DNA of 64,000 nt from an uncultured Polaribacter sp. GTDB taxonomy: Bacteria; Bacteroidota; Bacteroidia; Flavobacteriales; Flavobacteriaceae. The notes beneath the pieces are model-generated. The model was not told where the DNA came from and did not search any database. It worked only from the letters and a program-made list of their open reading frames with translations. The stretch covers positions 28,539 to 92,538 of the forward strand of contig CAYZDK010000001.1 of assembly GCA_964477255.1 (NCBI GenBank), written 5' to 3'. How positions within the stretch are numbered: position 1 is the first letter of the stretch; each line of letters begins with the position of its first letter. Positions 1 through 9,725 of this stretch are shown here, in pieces. Both the position numbers and the translations under genes were made by a program.

Positions 1-73
1 GCAAAATCAATACTAAATATTCTAGAAAAAAAATTATTGTAAAACGTAAGAAATATCATTCTTGCAATATTAC

Positions 74-111
74 AAAAAAAGGCTGTTTTATTCAAAAAAA
101 CAGCCCTTTTT
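74..111 (-). terminator. Intrinsic terminator downstream of the TonB-dependent receptor gene
   Basis: GGCTGTTTT/AAAACAGCC 9-bp stem (81-89 with 97-105), followed on the minus strand by a T7 tract, 60 nt past the stop codon. Confidence 0.7.
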
Positions 112-170
112 AATTGAAAATGCATCAAAAATGCTTAAATTTTACCAAAAACTTAACAAAATAGAACTAT

Positions 171-2519
171 TTAAAATCGTAGCGTAGCACCTATTAAGAA
201 GTTTCTCGTAGCTTGTGGGTAATATCCTGCACCATCAACAGTAACTTCTGTACCTGGATTAGAGTAATCATCAATAAAAGTAAAGTAGTACCCCCTATCT
301 ACATATTCAACATTAAAAATATTATTCACAAGCGCAGTAAATGTAATCGATGTAAAGATATTTTTTGGTTTAATTTGATAGACAATATTTAAATCGTTTA
401 TAAAAAAACTATCTAAAACATCGGTAGTAGAAATTGCACTACTAAAATTGCTCATAAACTGCTCGCCAACATATTTAGACAAGAATGTAAATTGTAAATT
501 ATTACTTGCATTATATACAAACATGTTTCCTATAACAACATTTGGAGAAAAAGATAAATTGGTATTGCCTAAAGCTTGTGGTTCTTCTATACCATCTCTT
601 GTAATAAAAAAGTCTCTATTTTTATTTTGACTAAAGGATGCATTTGGTCTTAACATAAATTTATTAGAAAGTGTAATTTCTGCATCTAGCTCTAAACCTA
701 AACGATAACTACTTCCAGAAGTTGCTCTAATTGGTTGCCCAACATCATCTATTGCACCAGTTAGTACTAATTGATTTTTGTAGTTCATGTAATAGATGTT
801 AGTATTTAATTTTACGTTTTCAGATTTAAACCTCCAACCAACTTCTAAATCTTGAAGCGTTTCGTAATCGTTAACACCATTTTCAAAATCGTTTCTATTT
901 GGCTCTCTATTGGCAATTGCAAAAGATGCATATAAATTATTTGACGTATTTAATTCGTAGGTTAGACCAAACTTCGGATTAAAAAAGTTAAAATTTCTAT
1001 CTACATTAATTGGTACAATATCATTAGTAATACCTTCTGTTTGGTAACTTATAAAACGCCCTTGTAAGTCTGCATAGGCAGATAAATTTTCTGAAAGTGA
1101 AAAATTAGCTTTTGCAAAAATGGAAAAATCGTTTTTGGTAGCATCAGAAAAGTAATAACGGTCACGTATTGAGACGTTTGGTGCTAAATTAGACCCCCAT
1201 ATTACTTCACCAAAATGATCTCCAGTATAATTAGAATATGATATTCCAGTTATAAAATTTATATTTTCGTTTTGGTAATTTGCATTAAAATTAACCACAT
1301 AAAAGTTGTTATCTAACCATCTTCTAACTATAACATCGCTTTCGTCTTCTATTAGGTTTGCAAAATCTGCAGCATCTTCTTCTTCACCAAATTGTTCGAA
1401 AAAACCAGCTCCTTTTGTATAATTTAACCCAAGATTTGTAGACCATTTTTCAGACCATTGTTCGTTCCAATGAAATTGAAAATGATCTTGTTGGTAATCG
1501 TCAACTTCATTATCATACGTATACGGATTTTGTCTTCTGTCTTCTTCTAATTGTTCTGCAGTAAGGCCAAACCATGCTTGATAGGTTCTTTCTTTTCCTC
1601 CAAAAGTTATGGCTTTAATAAGGGTATTATCATCAGAGTAAGTTGCTTGTAAGAAATACGATTTTAAATCTGCAAAGGCTCTATCTACATAACCATCAGA
1701 ATAAATATTAGATAATCTTCCTGCAATTTCTATACGATCGTTTATTTTTCCGGTACTAAATTTTATGGTATGTTTTCTGGTGCCAAAAGAACCAAAAGAG
1801 TTTGCAATTTCTCCATAACTTTCTTCAGAAACAGCATCTGTTAAAATGTTTAAACTGGCACCAAAAGCTGCTGCTCCATTTGTAGAGGTTCCTACACCTC
1901 TCTGCAATTGCAAACTTTCTGTAGAAGAAGCAAAATCGCCTAAATTTACCCAAAATGTTCCTTGGCTTTCTGCATCATTATAAGGTATACCGTTAATGGT
2001 TACATTAATACGTTCGCTATTAGAACCACGAACATTCATGTATGTATACCCAATTCCTGCACCTGCATCTGAAGAAGAAACAACGTTTGGTAAATAATTC
2101 ATTAAGATTGGAATGTCTTGCCCTAAATTTCTTTTGGCTATTTCTTTTTTAGATAAATTAGAAAAAGTTACAGGTATGTCTGCATTTACACGAACAGCAG
2201 ATACTAATACTTCATCTAACATGGTGTTGTTTGGCGATAAAGTAATAGACAAATCTTCGTTTTTAGTAATCGTAATAACTTTAGTAACGGAGTTGTATCC
2301 TAAATAAGAAAATACTAAGGTATACGTTCCTTTGGTAAGTTTGATACTAAATTTACCATCAAAATTGGTGGAGGTTCCTATTTTAGTTTCTTTAACTAAA
2401 ATACTTGCATTTGGCAATGCTTCTTTGTTTTCATTAGCAACTTTCCCAGTAATCGTAAATTGTTGGGCAAAACTTTGAAGCCCTACAAAAAGTGTTAAAA
2501 AAAAGAATATTTTTTTCAT
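171..2519 (-). CDS. TonB-dependent receptor, probably thiamine uptake (OMthi-like)
   Basis: Signal peptide, CarboxypepD_reg-like N-domain, plug motif (RGSNSERINVTINGIP; LQRGVGTS..GAAAFGASLN), C-terminal GATLRF aromatic end; TPP riboswitch directly upstream. Confidence 0.9.
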   Translation of the reverse strand: MKKIFFFLTLFVGLQSFAQQFTITGKVANENKEALPNASILVKETKIGTSTNFDGKFSIKLTKGTYTLVFSYLGYNSVTKVITITKNEDLSITLSPNNTMLDEVLVSAVRVNADIPVTFSNLSKKEIAKRNLGQDIPILMNYLPNVVSSSDAGAGIGYTYMNVRGSNSERINVTINGIPYNDAESQGTFWVNLGDFASSTESLQLQRGVGTSTNGAAAFGASLNILTDAVSEESYGEIANSFGSFGTRKHTIKFSTGKINDRIEIAGRLSNIYSDGYVDRAFADLKSYFLQATYSDDNTLIKAITFGGKERTYQAWFGLTAEQLEEDRRQNPYTYDNEVDDYQQDHFQFHWNEQWSEKWSTNLGLNYTKGAGFFEQFGEEEDAADFANLIEDESDVIVRRWLDNNFYVVNFNANYQNENINFITGISYSNYTGDHFGEVIWGSNLAPNVSIRDRYYFSDATKNDFSIFAKANFSLSENLSAYADLQGRFISYQTEGITNDIVPINVDRNFNFFNPKFGLTYELNTSNNLYASFAIANREPNRNDFENGVNDYETLQDLEVGWRFKSENVKLNTNIYYMNYKNQLVLTGAIDDVGQPIRATSGSSYRLGLELDAEITLSNKFMLRPNASFSQNKNRDFFITRDGIEEPQALGNTNLSFSPNVVIGNMFVYNASNNLQFTFLSKYVGEQFMSNFSSAISTTDVLDSFFINDLNIVYQIKPKNIFTSITFTALVNNIFNVEYVDRGYYFTFIDDYSNPGTEVTVDGAGYYPQATRNFLIGATLRF

Positions 2520-2607
2520 TTTAAATAAATTAAAACGAATAAAAAGAGGTAATTATTCTTGTTGTTATTTTTTGAATAATTAGTTAATAAAAGAATGTAA
2601 AACATTC

Positions 2608-2722
2608 ACAATCCCTAAACAGCATTACCTGTTCTAGGTTCATTGGGTATGATCTCAGCCTGAATTTCATTATGACTACGAATTTTTCATTCATAATTCA
2701 AAAAAGGCACCCCTTTATGAGA
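2608..2722 (-). promoter_or_regulatory. TPP (thi-box) riboswitch
   Basis: Minus strand reads GGGGTGCC...GGCTGAGATCATACCCAATGAACCTAGAACAGGTAATGCTGTTTAGGGA, containing the hallmark CUGAGA, AUACCC, GAACCU, GGUAAUGC and AGGGA elements; AU-rich extended P3. Confidence 0.93.
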
Positions 2723-2728
2723 ACGGTG

Positions 2729-2736
2729 CAAAGATA
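2729..2736 (-). promoter_or_regulatory. Bacteroidetes housekeeping promoter -7 box (TATCTTTG) for the riboswitch-TBDT transcript
   Basis: Matches TAnnTTTG immediately upstream of the aptamer 5' end. Confidence 0.75.
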
Positions 2737-2771
2737 AAGCAAAATTTTAATCGAAAACTAAAATAAAAGCT

Positions 2772-3173
2772 TTAAAGTTTAGGCTTTTTTCTTAGTTCTT
2801 TTTTAAGAGACTGTTTTTGTTTAGTTTCTAATCTTTTTTTTACGGCAGATTTGGTGGGTTTTGTTGGCTTTCTCTTTTTTGGTTTTTTAAGATTTTCTTT
2901 TAAAAGTGAAACACATTTCTTTATTGCAATTTCTTTGTTTTTATGTTGCGATCGTGTTTGTTCGCAATAAATAGTTAAGATGTTTGCATTACTTAATTTC
3001 GATTTCAGTTTTTGTTTTAACAGCTCTTTTTCTTGTTCTGATAAAGCACTAGAGTTCTCCAAGTCAAAAGTTAATTCTATTTTAGAAGACACTTTATTTA
3101 CATGTTGACCACCAGCGCCTGAACTGCGTATGGCTTTAAATTGAAACTCAGATTGCACTACTTTACTGTTCAA
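2772..3173 (-). CDS. arfB: Alternative ribosome rescue aminoacyl-tRNA hydrolase
   Basis: RSSGAGGQHVNKVSS GGQ motif, QxxRSQxxN, basic C-terminal tail. Confidence 0.93.
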   Translation of the reverse strand: MNSKVVQSEFQFKAIRSSGAGGQHVNKVSSKIELTFDLENSSALSEQEKELLKQKLKSKLSNANILTIYCEQTRSQHKNKEIAIKKCVSLLKENLKKPKKRKPTKPTKSAVKKRLETKQKQSLKKELRKKPKL

Positions 3174-3182
3174 AATATTTTA

Positions 3183-3773
3183 TTATTGTGAATAAGAATA
3201 TAAATGCTTTTTCTCTACTAGAATTGCATTAATTGCTGCAGTTGCAGTTTTAAGACGAATTTTCTTATCTCCTTTTAATACAATATAGTTTTTTTTGTTT
3301 TCTATTAAAGCTTTTTCAAAAGCAGTAAACATTTCTAAACGTTGTTCTGGTCTATCTCTTAAATCGTCTTCTTCCCAAGGTGTATCTATGTAGGTTAGTA
3401 AGTACAAATCGTATTCGTTTTTTAAAGTAGCTTTGTGTAGATCTTCATCTACAAAACCATTGTAAAATTCTTGCGAATATACTTTTGTTTCAAGCAAATC
3501 TGTATCGCAAATAAGAATCCTATCTGCTTTTTTAGCTAACTTATTTTCTAATTCCATTTGTCCGTATGCAATTGGCATCATGTCTTTTTGTTCACAAGTT
3601 TTACGTTCTATATTCCACTTTTCTTGAAGGTAATTTCTTGCATATTCAGGTACCCAAACTGTATTGTAAAATCTTGCCAATTGTCTGGATAACGTAGTTT
3701 TTCCAGAAGATTCTGGACCAAAAAGTACAACTTTTACTAAGTTGATTGGGTCTTGTTCAAGCTTTTTTTCCAT
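3183..3773 (-). CDS. NadR-type P-loop kinase (AAA_28, ribosylnicotinamide kinase-like)
   Basis: Walker A GPESSGKTT, WVPEYAR, CDTD, PWEEDDLRD motifs; start moved to ATG 3773 (MEKKLEQ), overlapping the pnuC 3' end. Confidence 0.85.
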   Translation of the reverse strand: MEKKLEQDPINLVKVVLFGPESSGKTTLSRQLARFYNTVWVPEYARNYLQEKWNIERKTCEQKDMMPIAYGQMELENKLAKKADRILICDTDLLETKVYSQEFYNGFVDEDLHKATLKNEYDLYLLTYIDTPWEEDDLRDRPEQRLEMFTAFEKALIENKKNYIVLKGDKKIRLKTATAAINAILVEKKHLYSYSQ

Positions 3774-4366
3774 GATAAATAACCTTGTATGGCTAATATT
3801 GTAAAGATAAGGTACTGCAAAGATAACATTCCTAAGCCACGATATGCGTATAGAGGAACTGTTATGATATCTGCAAAAATCCAAAGTGTCCAATTTTCAA
3901 TTTTCTTATTTGCCATAAAGTACATCGCTGTAAAGAAAATACCTGAAGTAAAAATATCTATGTAATTTTCTGTTGCTATTTCAGTTCCAAAATAGGTATA
4001 AACACCATAGGTTATAATCATGGTTAGAATTACTAGAAATGTACCAATAAGTTTTTCTTTTGCGTTTGTTCTAGAAATTGGAATTACATATTTATCTCCT
4101 TTCTTTCTACTCCAATTCCACCAGCCATAAATGCTCATTACAGAGTAGTAGAAGTTCATCATCATATCTCCAAAATATCCAGCTTGGTAAAGTAGATAAA
4201 CGGTTATAATAGTAGCAACTAATCCTGTTGGATACACTAAAATATTTTCTTTTTTGGCATACCAAACACTGGCAATTCCAAAAATAAAAGCAATACCTTC
4301 TAAAATGATAAATAAAGTAGAAGTGTTTTTGTAAGCTTCTATAAAAAAGTCTAGGAATTCGGTCAT
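3737..4366 (-). CDS. pnuC: PnuC-family vitamin/nicotinamide riboside transporter
   Basis: Multi-pass membrane protein with YGWWNW and KIENWTLWIFAD (WxxW) motifs; adjacent NadR-like kinase. Confidence 0.9.
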   Translation of the reverse strand: MTEFLDFFIEAYKNTSTLFIILEGIAFIFGIASVWYAKKENILVYPTGLVATIITVYLLYQAGYFGDMMMNFYYSVMSIYGWWNWSRKKGDKYVIPISRTNAKEKLIGTFLVILTMIITYGVYTYFGTEIATENYIDIFTSGIFFTAMYFMANKKIENWTLWIFADIITVPLYAYRGLGMLSLQYLIFTILAIQGYLSWKKSLNKTQST

Positions 4367-4376
4367 CTATTTTACC

Positions 4377-4595
4377 TTAGTTGGTTTCATGAATATTCTT
4401 AGAAATAGGTTTATATAAAATGATAAATGGCATCAATAAAAGAACAAGTAATGCTATTATGTTTATGGATCTTCCATACAATAGATTGGAAGCAACAAAA
4501 GCACCAAAGATTATTCCATCTATAAATAAGGAAAGTAAAATTAATGAAAGTGCCTTTTTAGTAATTACTAAAGCACCAATTTTTAAATCTTTCAT
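4377..4595 (-). CDS. Small hypothetical membrane protein (2 TM)
   Basis: 72-aa ORF with two hydrophobic segments filling the gap between co-oriented genes with 10-nt spacers. Confidence 0.55.
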   Translation of the reverse strand: MKDLKIGALVITKKALSLILLSLFIDGIIFGAFVASNLLYGRSINIIALLVLLLMPFIILYKPISKNIHETN

Positions 4596-4605
4596 TTGTA
4601 TTTAA

Positions 4606-5232
4606 TTAATACGCAAAAACGCAAGTAAAATCTTCAAATTCTAAATAATTTATACAATAGGTTTCTTCTTCACCATCAAAACGTATGTCTCCTGTAGTTT
4701 TACCATCTGTTAGTCTAAAATCGGCAATAAATATATCTCTCAAAAAAAGCAATTGCTTTTTACCATAAACTTTGTATAGGCTTTCTTTTGCTCCCCAAAC
4801 AATCGTAAGTTTTCTAATTAAGGCATCTGTATTAGCTATGGTTCTGTATTCTTGTAACGGAGTAAATTTATGTGCTATTCTTAAGATTTTTTCTCTTTGT
4901 TTTTCAATATCAATTCCAACTTTACAGTCAGAAGAAATAATAATACCTGTAAATTGAAACGAATGCGTTATCGAAATGAAGCGACCATCTTTAAGGTGTG
5001 GTTTTCCAAATTCATCATACACTAAATCACTATCTGAAAGATTAGCTATCGCTAATAAATGGCGAATAGAAAGAAATCCTTTTTGATGAATTTCAGATTT
5101 CATAGAGAGCAAACGATTTTCGCTATTTTTAGAAAGCGTAATTCCCTCATGTAACTCGTTTATAGACTCTTCTATCTTCCAAATGAGTACGTTAGTAGTT
5201 TCGTTAACCGTTAAACTTTTATAAAGCGCCAT
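4606..5232 (-). CDS. 4'-phosphopantetheinyl transferase (Sfp-like)
   Basis: FDEFGKP-like YDEFGKPHL, SITHS, VGIDIE and WGAKESLYK motifs. Confidence 0.9.
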   Translation of the reverse strand: MALYKSLTVNETTNVLIWKIEESINELHEGITLSKNSENRLLSMKSEIHQKGFLSIRHLLAIANLSDSDLVYDEFGKPHLKDGRFISITHSFQFTGIIISSDCKVGIDIEKQREKILRIAHKFTPLQEYRTIANTDALIRKLTIVWGAKESLYKVYGKKQLLFLRDIFIADFRLTDGKTTGDIRFDGEEETYCINYLEFEDFTCVFAY

Positions 5233-5253
5233 AGTTTTTTAAAATTGATGTTG

Positions 5254-5261
5254 TACCTTTG
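5254..5261 (+). promoter_or_regulatory. -7 promoter box (TACCTTTG) for ahcY
   Basis: TAnnTTTG consensus 35 nt upstream of the ATG. Confidence 0.65.
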
Positions 5262-5296
5262 CTGCTCGCAAAAAATTTGATATAAAGATACATAAT

Positions 5297-6604
5297 ATGA
5301 GCACAAAAACAGCTTACACACCTTTTAAAGTAAAAGATATTTCCTTAGCAGAGTGGGGAAGAAAAGAAATTGAACTAGCAGAAGCAGAAATGCCAGGTTT
5401 AATGAGCTTAAGAGAAGAATATGGAGAAAGTCAACCGTTAAAAGGCGCAAGAATTGCAGGTTGTTTACACATGACCATTCAAACTGCGGTATTAATTGAA
5501 ACTTTACAGGCATTAGGTGCAGAAGTAACGTGGAGTTCTTGTAACATATTTTCTACCCAAGACCAAGCTGCTGCTGCTGTTGCTGCAAACGGAACTGCAG
5601 TTTATGCATGGAAAGGAATGACAGAAGAAGAGTTTGATTGGTGTATAGAGCAAACCTTATTTTTTGGAGAAGAAAGAAAACCACTAAACATGATTTTAGA
5701 TGATGGTGGAGATTTAACAAACATGGTTTTAGATAAATATCCTGAATTAGCAGAAGGAATTAACGGTCTTTCTGAAGAAACTACTACAGGAGTGCATAGA
5801 TTGTACGAACGTGTTAAAAAAGGTACACTTCCAATGCCTGCTATTAATATTAATGACTCTGTTACTAAGTCTAAGTTCGACAATAAATACGGTTGTAGAG
5901 AATCTGCTGTAGATGCAATTCGTAGAGCTACAGATGTAATGTTGGCAGGTAAACGTGTTGTAGTTTGTGGCTATGGAGATGTTGGTAAAGGAACAGCTGC
6001 ATCTTTTAAAGGAGCAGGATCTATTGTAACTGTTACAGAAATAGACCCTATTTGTGCTTTACAAGCTGCAATGGATGGTTTTGAAGTAAAGCGCTTAGAA
6101 ACTATTTTAAGCACTGCAGATATCGTAATTACTACAACAGGGAATAAAGATATTGTAAGAGGAGAGCATTTTGAAATGATGAAAGACAAAACTATTGTTT
6201 GTAACATAGGCCATTTTGATAATGAAATTGACGTGGCTTGGTTAAATGCAAATAGTGAAAAGATAGAAATTAAACCTCAGGTTGATAAGTATAACATCAA
6301 CGGAAATGATATTATCTTATTAGCAGAAGGTCGTTTGGTAAACTTAGGTTGTGCAACAGGTCATCCAAGTTTTGTGATGTCTAATTCATTTACAAACCAG
6401 ACTTTGGCCCAAATGGAACTTTGGAATAATGCAGATAAATACGAGAACAAAGTATATATGTTGCCAAAGCATTTAGATGAAAAAGTAGCAAAACTACACT
6501 TAGAGAAGATTGGTGTAGAATTAACAGAGTTAAGAAACGATCAAGCAGAATATATTGGTGTAACTGTAGAAGGACCATTTAAACCTGAGCATTACAGATA
6601 CTAG
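5297..6604 (+). CDS. ahcY: Adenosylhomocysteinase
   Basis: [59 protein letters not shown] motifs. Confidence 0.98.
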   Translation: MSTKTAYTPFKVKDISLAEWGRKEIELAEAEMPGLMSLREEYGESQPLKGARIAGCLHMTIQTAVLIETLQALGAEVTWSSCNIFSTQDQAAAAVAANGTAVYAWKGMTEEEFDWCIEQTLFFGEERKPLNMILDDGGDLTNMVLDKYPELAEGINGLSEETTTGVHRLYERVKKGTLPMPAININDSVTKSKFDNKYGCRESAVDAIRRATDVMLAGKRVVVCGYGDVGKGTAASFKGAGSIVTVTEIDPICALQAAMDGFEVKRLETILSTADIVITTTGNKDIVRGEHFEMMKDKTIVCNIGHFDNEIDVAWLNANSEKIEIKPQVDKYNINGNDIILLAEGRLVNLGCATGHPSFVMSNSFTNQTLAQMELWNNADKYENKVYMLPKHLDEKVAKLHLEKIGVELTELRNDQAEYIGVTVEGPFKPEHYRY

Positions 6605-6622
6605 AATAAAGTAAATCTAGAT

Positions 6623-6653
6623 AAAAAACCTCTCTTTTTAGAGAGGTTTTTTT
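6623..6653 (+). terminator. Intrinsic terminator after ahcY
   Basis: A6-CCTCTCT-tttt-AGAGAGG-T7 hairpin. Confidence 0.85.
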
Positions 6654-6674
6654 ATTTTAGAAGAAAATTATTAC

Positions 6675-8105
6675 ATGCAAATCTCCAAAAAAATAGGTCT
6701 AATACTTGGTCCGCTTTTATTCTTTGCAGTACTAAGTTTTCCTACAAATTTGGTTTCCGAATTGGGAGATAAAGTAATTGCTGTTGCACTTTGGATGGTT
6801 ATTTGGTGGATTACAGAAGCTGTTCACATCGCAGTTACAGCATTATTGCCTATTTTACTTTTTCCATTACTTGGCATTATGACGCCATCAGACGTGGGTG
6901 CAAACTACGGAAGTCCCATTATCTTTTTATTTTTTGGAGGATTTGTTTTGGCGTTAGCACTAGAGAAGGTAAACCTTCATAAACGAATAGCACTAACCAT
7001 AATAAATTTTACGGGAACTACGCCCAATAAAGTGGTGCTTGGTTTTATGATTGCAACTGCATTTATGAGTATGTGGATTAGCAATACAGCAAGTACAGTT
7101 GTCATGTTACCCATTGCCATTTCTGTGATAAAATTATTAATAGATGATGAAGATGGGTTTACAAAAAAAGATAAAAATTTCGCGTTAAGTGTTATGCTTG
7201 GTATTGCTTTTGCAGCTAATGCAGGAGGAATAGCAACAGTTATAGGAACACCACCAAATTCCGTTTTAATTGGGTTGCTAGAAAATGAATATCAAACAGA
7301 GATTTCCTTTGTTAGATGGATGAGTATGGGGTTGCCATTTTCTATTGTAATGGTCTCCTTTTGTTATCTGGTTTTGGTAAAATGGATGTTTCCTTGTAAC
7401 GATATTCAGTTTGCAACTTCTACCAATCTTATTCAATCAGAATTAAAAAAATTAGGAGCAGTTTCTAAGGAAGAAAAGATGGTTCTAGTAATATTTGGCG
7501 TCACTGTTTTTTTATGGGTTACAAGAACAATTCTTAATTCTATATTTCCAGAGTTAAGACTAACAGATACCATTATTAGTATTTTTGGAGCAATTGCATT
7601 ATTTGCGTTTCCTTTAGAAATAAAATCAAGTACTTTTATTCTACATTGGAAAGACACTAGTAAGTTAGCTTGGGGTATTTTATTGCTTTTTGGAGGTGGT
7701 TTGGCATTGGCAAAAGGCATGGCATCATCTGGTTTGGTAGATGTAATCACAGAAACCATAAAAAACGGAAACTTTCCTGTTTTTTTAACAGTTGCATTTT
7801 TAGTGATATTTATGTTATTTATGACAGAATTGATGAGTAATGTTGCTTTGGTAGCTGTTTTAGCGCCTGTTGTAGCAGGAATAGCTATAGGTTTAGAAAT
7901 TCCTATGTTATATGTATTAATACCAGTAACTATGGCCAGTAGTTGCGCATTTATGTTACCTATGGCAACACCACCAAATGCAATTGTATTTGCAAGCGGT
8001 TATGTAAAAGTAAACCAAATGGTTAAGGCAGGTGTAATTTTAAATTGTATTGCTGTAATTTTACTGCTACTATTCTACCAATTTGTTATTCCGTTTTTCT
8101 TTTAG
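6675..8105 (+). CDS. SLC13/DASS family sodium:dicarboxylate or sulfate symporter
   Basis: SMWISNTAS, GTPPN, TELMSN and MATPPN signature motifs; many TM helices. Confidence 0.92.
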   Translation: MQISKKIGLILGPLLFFAVLSFPTNLVSELGDKVIAVALWMVIWWITEAVHIAVTALLPILLFPLLGIMTPSDVGANYGSPIIFLFFGGFVLALALEKVNLHKRIALTIINFTGTTPNKVVLGFMIATAFMSMWISNTASTVVMLPIAISVIKLLIDDEDGFTKKDKNFALSVMLGIAFAANAGGIATVIGTPPNSVLIGLLENEYQTEISFVRWMSMGLPFSIVMVSFCYLVLVKWMFPCNDIQFATSTNLIQSELKKLGAVSKEEKMVLVIFGVTVFLWVTRTILNSIFPELRLTDTIISIFGAIALFAFPLEIKSSTFILHWKDTSKLAWGILLLFGGGLALAKGMASSGLVDVITETIKNGNFPVFLTVAFLVIFMLFMTELMSNVALVAVLAPVVAGIAIGLEIPMLYVLIPVTMASSCAFMLPMATPPNAIVFASGYVKVNQMVKAGVILNCIAVILLLLFYQFVIPFFF

Positions 8106-8488
8106 AAAGGAACCACACCATAAGCTTCATTTAAAAGAAATATACCTAAGAAAAAGATTAAAATATACATAGCTTGTACAAATTTAATGTTAAGCTTGGT
8201 AATTTTTTTAGTGGTTGTTTTTGGAAAGGTAAATAACATCATCCCTTTTAATAAAGCTAACCAACCAAATAAAGTAACAACAATACTAATGTTAGGTTCC
8301 CAAATATTGTGAACAAGTATATTAAGTAAACCAATAATAATTGCCAAAAAAGATACAAGAATGGTAAATTTTTAATCTTGCAAATCCTCAACAATTTGTT
8401 TGATACGTTTTGGGTTAAAACTTAAAATAAAAAAGAAAACTACACAGTACCAGCCCCAAAATTTTAATAAGAAAACAGTTGTATCCAT
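8102..8488 (-). pseudogene. Four-TM-type membrane protein interrupted by an in-frame TAA
   Basis: ATG at 8488 gives MDTTVFLLKFWGWYCVVFFFILSFNPKRIKQIVEDLQD*KFTILVSFLAIIIG...; a single stop at 8372-8374 separates it from the 81-aa ORF in the same frame. Confidence 0.7.
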
Positions 8489-8575
8489 AACGTAGAATTT
8501 AGTTCTTCTAAATTACACGCTTTTATATTTCTTTGGTATGATTTTTATCATGTAAGCCGCTAAAAAACAAATAGT

Positions 8576-9073
8576 TTAGAAGCTCCAGCCAACATTTACA
8601 CCAACTCTAGGAACAATAGCAGGAGAAATATCGCTAAAGAAATTTCTACCAGCACCTGCATGTATGTCAATTACAAAACCTCCATTAGATACGTATTTAA
8701 GCCCAAAGGCTACACCTAAAGCAGCATCTGTATAGTCTAAATCAAAATTTTCAGAATCTGCTATAGACTCTTCTTTACCAGAATTTATACCTAAAAATAA
8801 TTCACCAAAAAAGTTCCATTGGTATTCTGTAGTAAAGAAATGACGCACATAAGGCGTTAACATAAAGTTTTCATTATACTGAAAATCTGTTGTTTCGTCA
8901 TTAAGATTAAATAGCACAGACAAGCCTAAAGAGGTATCTTCAGACACAAATTTTTCGTAAGAAATATCAATGGTTTTCATTCCTATACCATCAGCAATAT
9001 CTAGCTTTAATTCTTGTTGTGCTTGTAAGGAGCAAACAAGTAGTACAAAAACGATAAACATCCATTTTCTCAT
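8576..9073 (-). CDS. Outer-membrane beta-barrel protein (DUF3575-like)
   Basis: Signal peptide, alternating hydrophobic strands, LTPYVRHFF, C-terminal VNVGWSF. Confidence 0.7.
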   Translation of the reverse strand: MRKWMFIVFVLLVCSLQAQQELKLDIADGIGMKTIDISYEKFVSEDTSLGLSVLFNLNDETTDFQYNENFMLTPYVRHFFTTEYQWNFFGELFLGINSGKEESIADSENFDLDYTDAALGVAFGLKYVSNGGFVIDIHAGAGRNFFSDISPAIVPRVGVNVGWSF

Positions 9074-9113
9074 TTCTTTTTCTATGAATAGTTACTTTAA
9101 AAGTATGAAAAAT

Positions 9114-9674
9114 TTAAAAACGATATCCTAAAGAAATTCCACCTCTAGAAACTAGTTCATTATCTATAAAATTATCTGCATCACCATTGAATAAGTTTCT
9201 ACCTACACCAATAAAAATCTCTGCTGTAAACCCACTTCGAATTACAAATTTACCACCTACAGAAACTCCAAGAGCAAAATTGGTTTCTCTTTCTACATCA
9301 AAATTATTTGAATTAAAAAAATACACCTCATCTTCAAACGTATTTAGCATTCCAAAACCCTCTACAAAAAAACCTCTAGCATATCTTGTATCGGAAAAAA
9401 ACCAACGATAAAAAGGCGTAATTGAAAAGGTTTTAGGAAAATAAACGTCTGAAGAAATATCATTAAAATTGTAAAAAACAGAAACTCCCAAAGAAGTATC
9501 TTTATTTAATAATCTTTCATAGGTTACATCAAAAGATGAAAAAACAATGAGGCTAAAAGCATCTAGTCTTAGTTCGTGTTTTTTATCTATGTCTTGAAGG
9601 TATTGCTTATCGGAGTTCTGCCCTTTAACAGACAAAACGGTAAGAAGAATAATGGTAAAAATTGTTTTTTTCAT
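9114..9674 (-). CDS. Outer-membrane beta-barrel protein (DUF3575-like), paralog of the neighbour
   Basis: Signal peptide, ITPFYRWFF, C-terminal ISLGYRF; same motif layout as 8576..9073. Confidence 0.7.
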   Translation of the reverse strand: MKKTIFTIILLTVLSVKGQNSDKQYLQDIDKKHELRLDAFSLIVFSSFDVTYERLLNKDTSLGVSVFYNFNDISSDVYFPKTFSITPFYRWFFSDTRYARGFFVEGFGMLNTFEDEVYFFNSNNFDVERETNFALGVSVGGKFVIRSGFTAEIFIGVGRNLFNGDADNFIDNELVSRGGISLGYRF

Positions 9675-9725
9675 TGGTATATAACTTTTGTGTAAAAATA
9701 TGTAAAAACGAAATGTAATTCGAAT

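Noticed and set aside
2608-2722. Cobalamin riboswitch/BtuB interpretation of the TonB receptor leader
   Set aside because: The leader has TPP motifs (CUGAGA, AUACCC, GAACCU) and none of the B12-box elements
5233-5296. Possible SAH or SAM riboswitch upstream of ahcY
   Set aside because: Only about 35 nt lie between the -7 box and the ATG, all AT-rich, with no aptamer motifs
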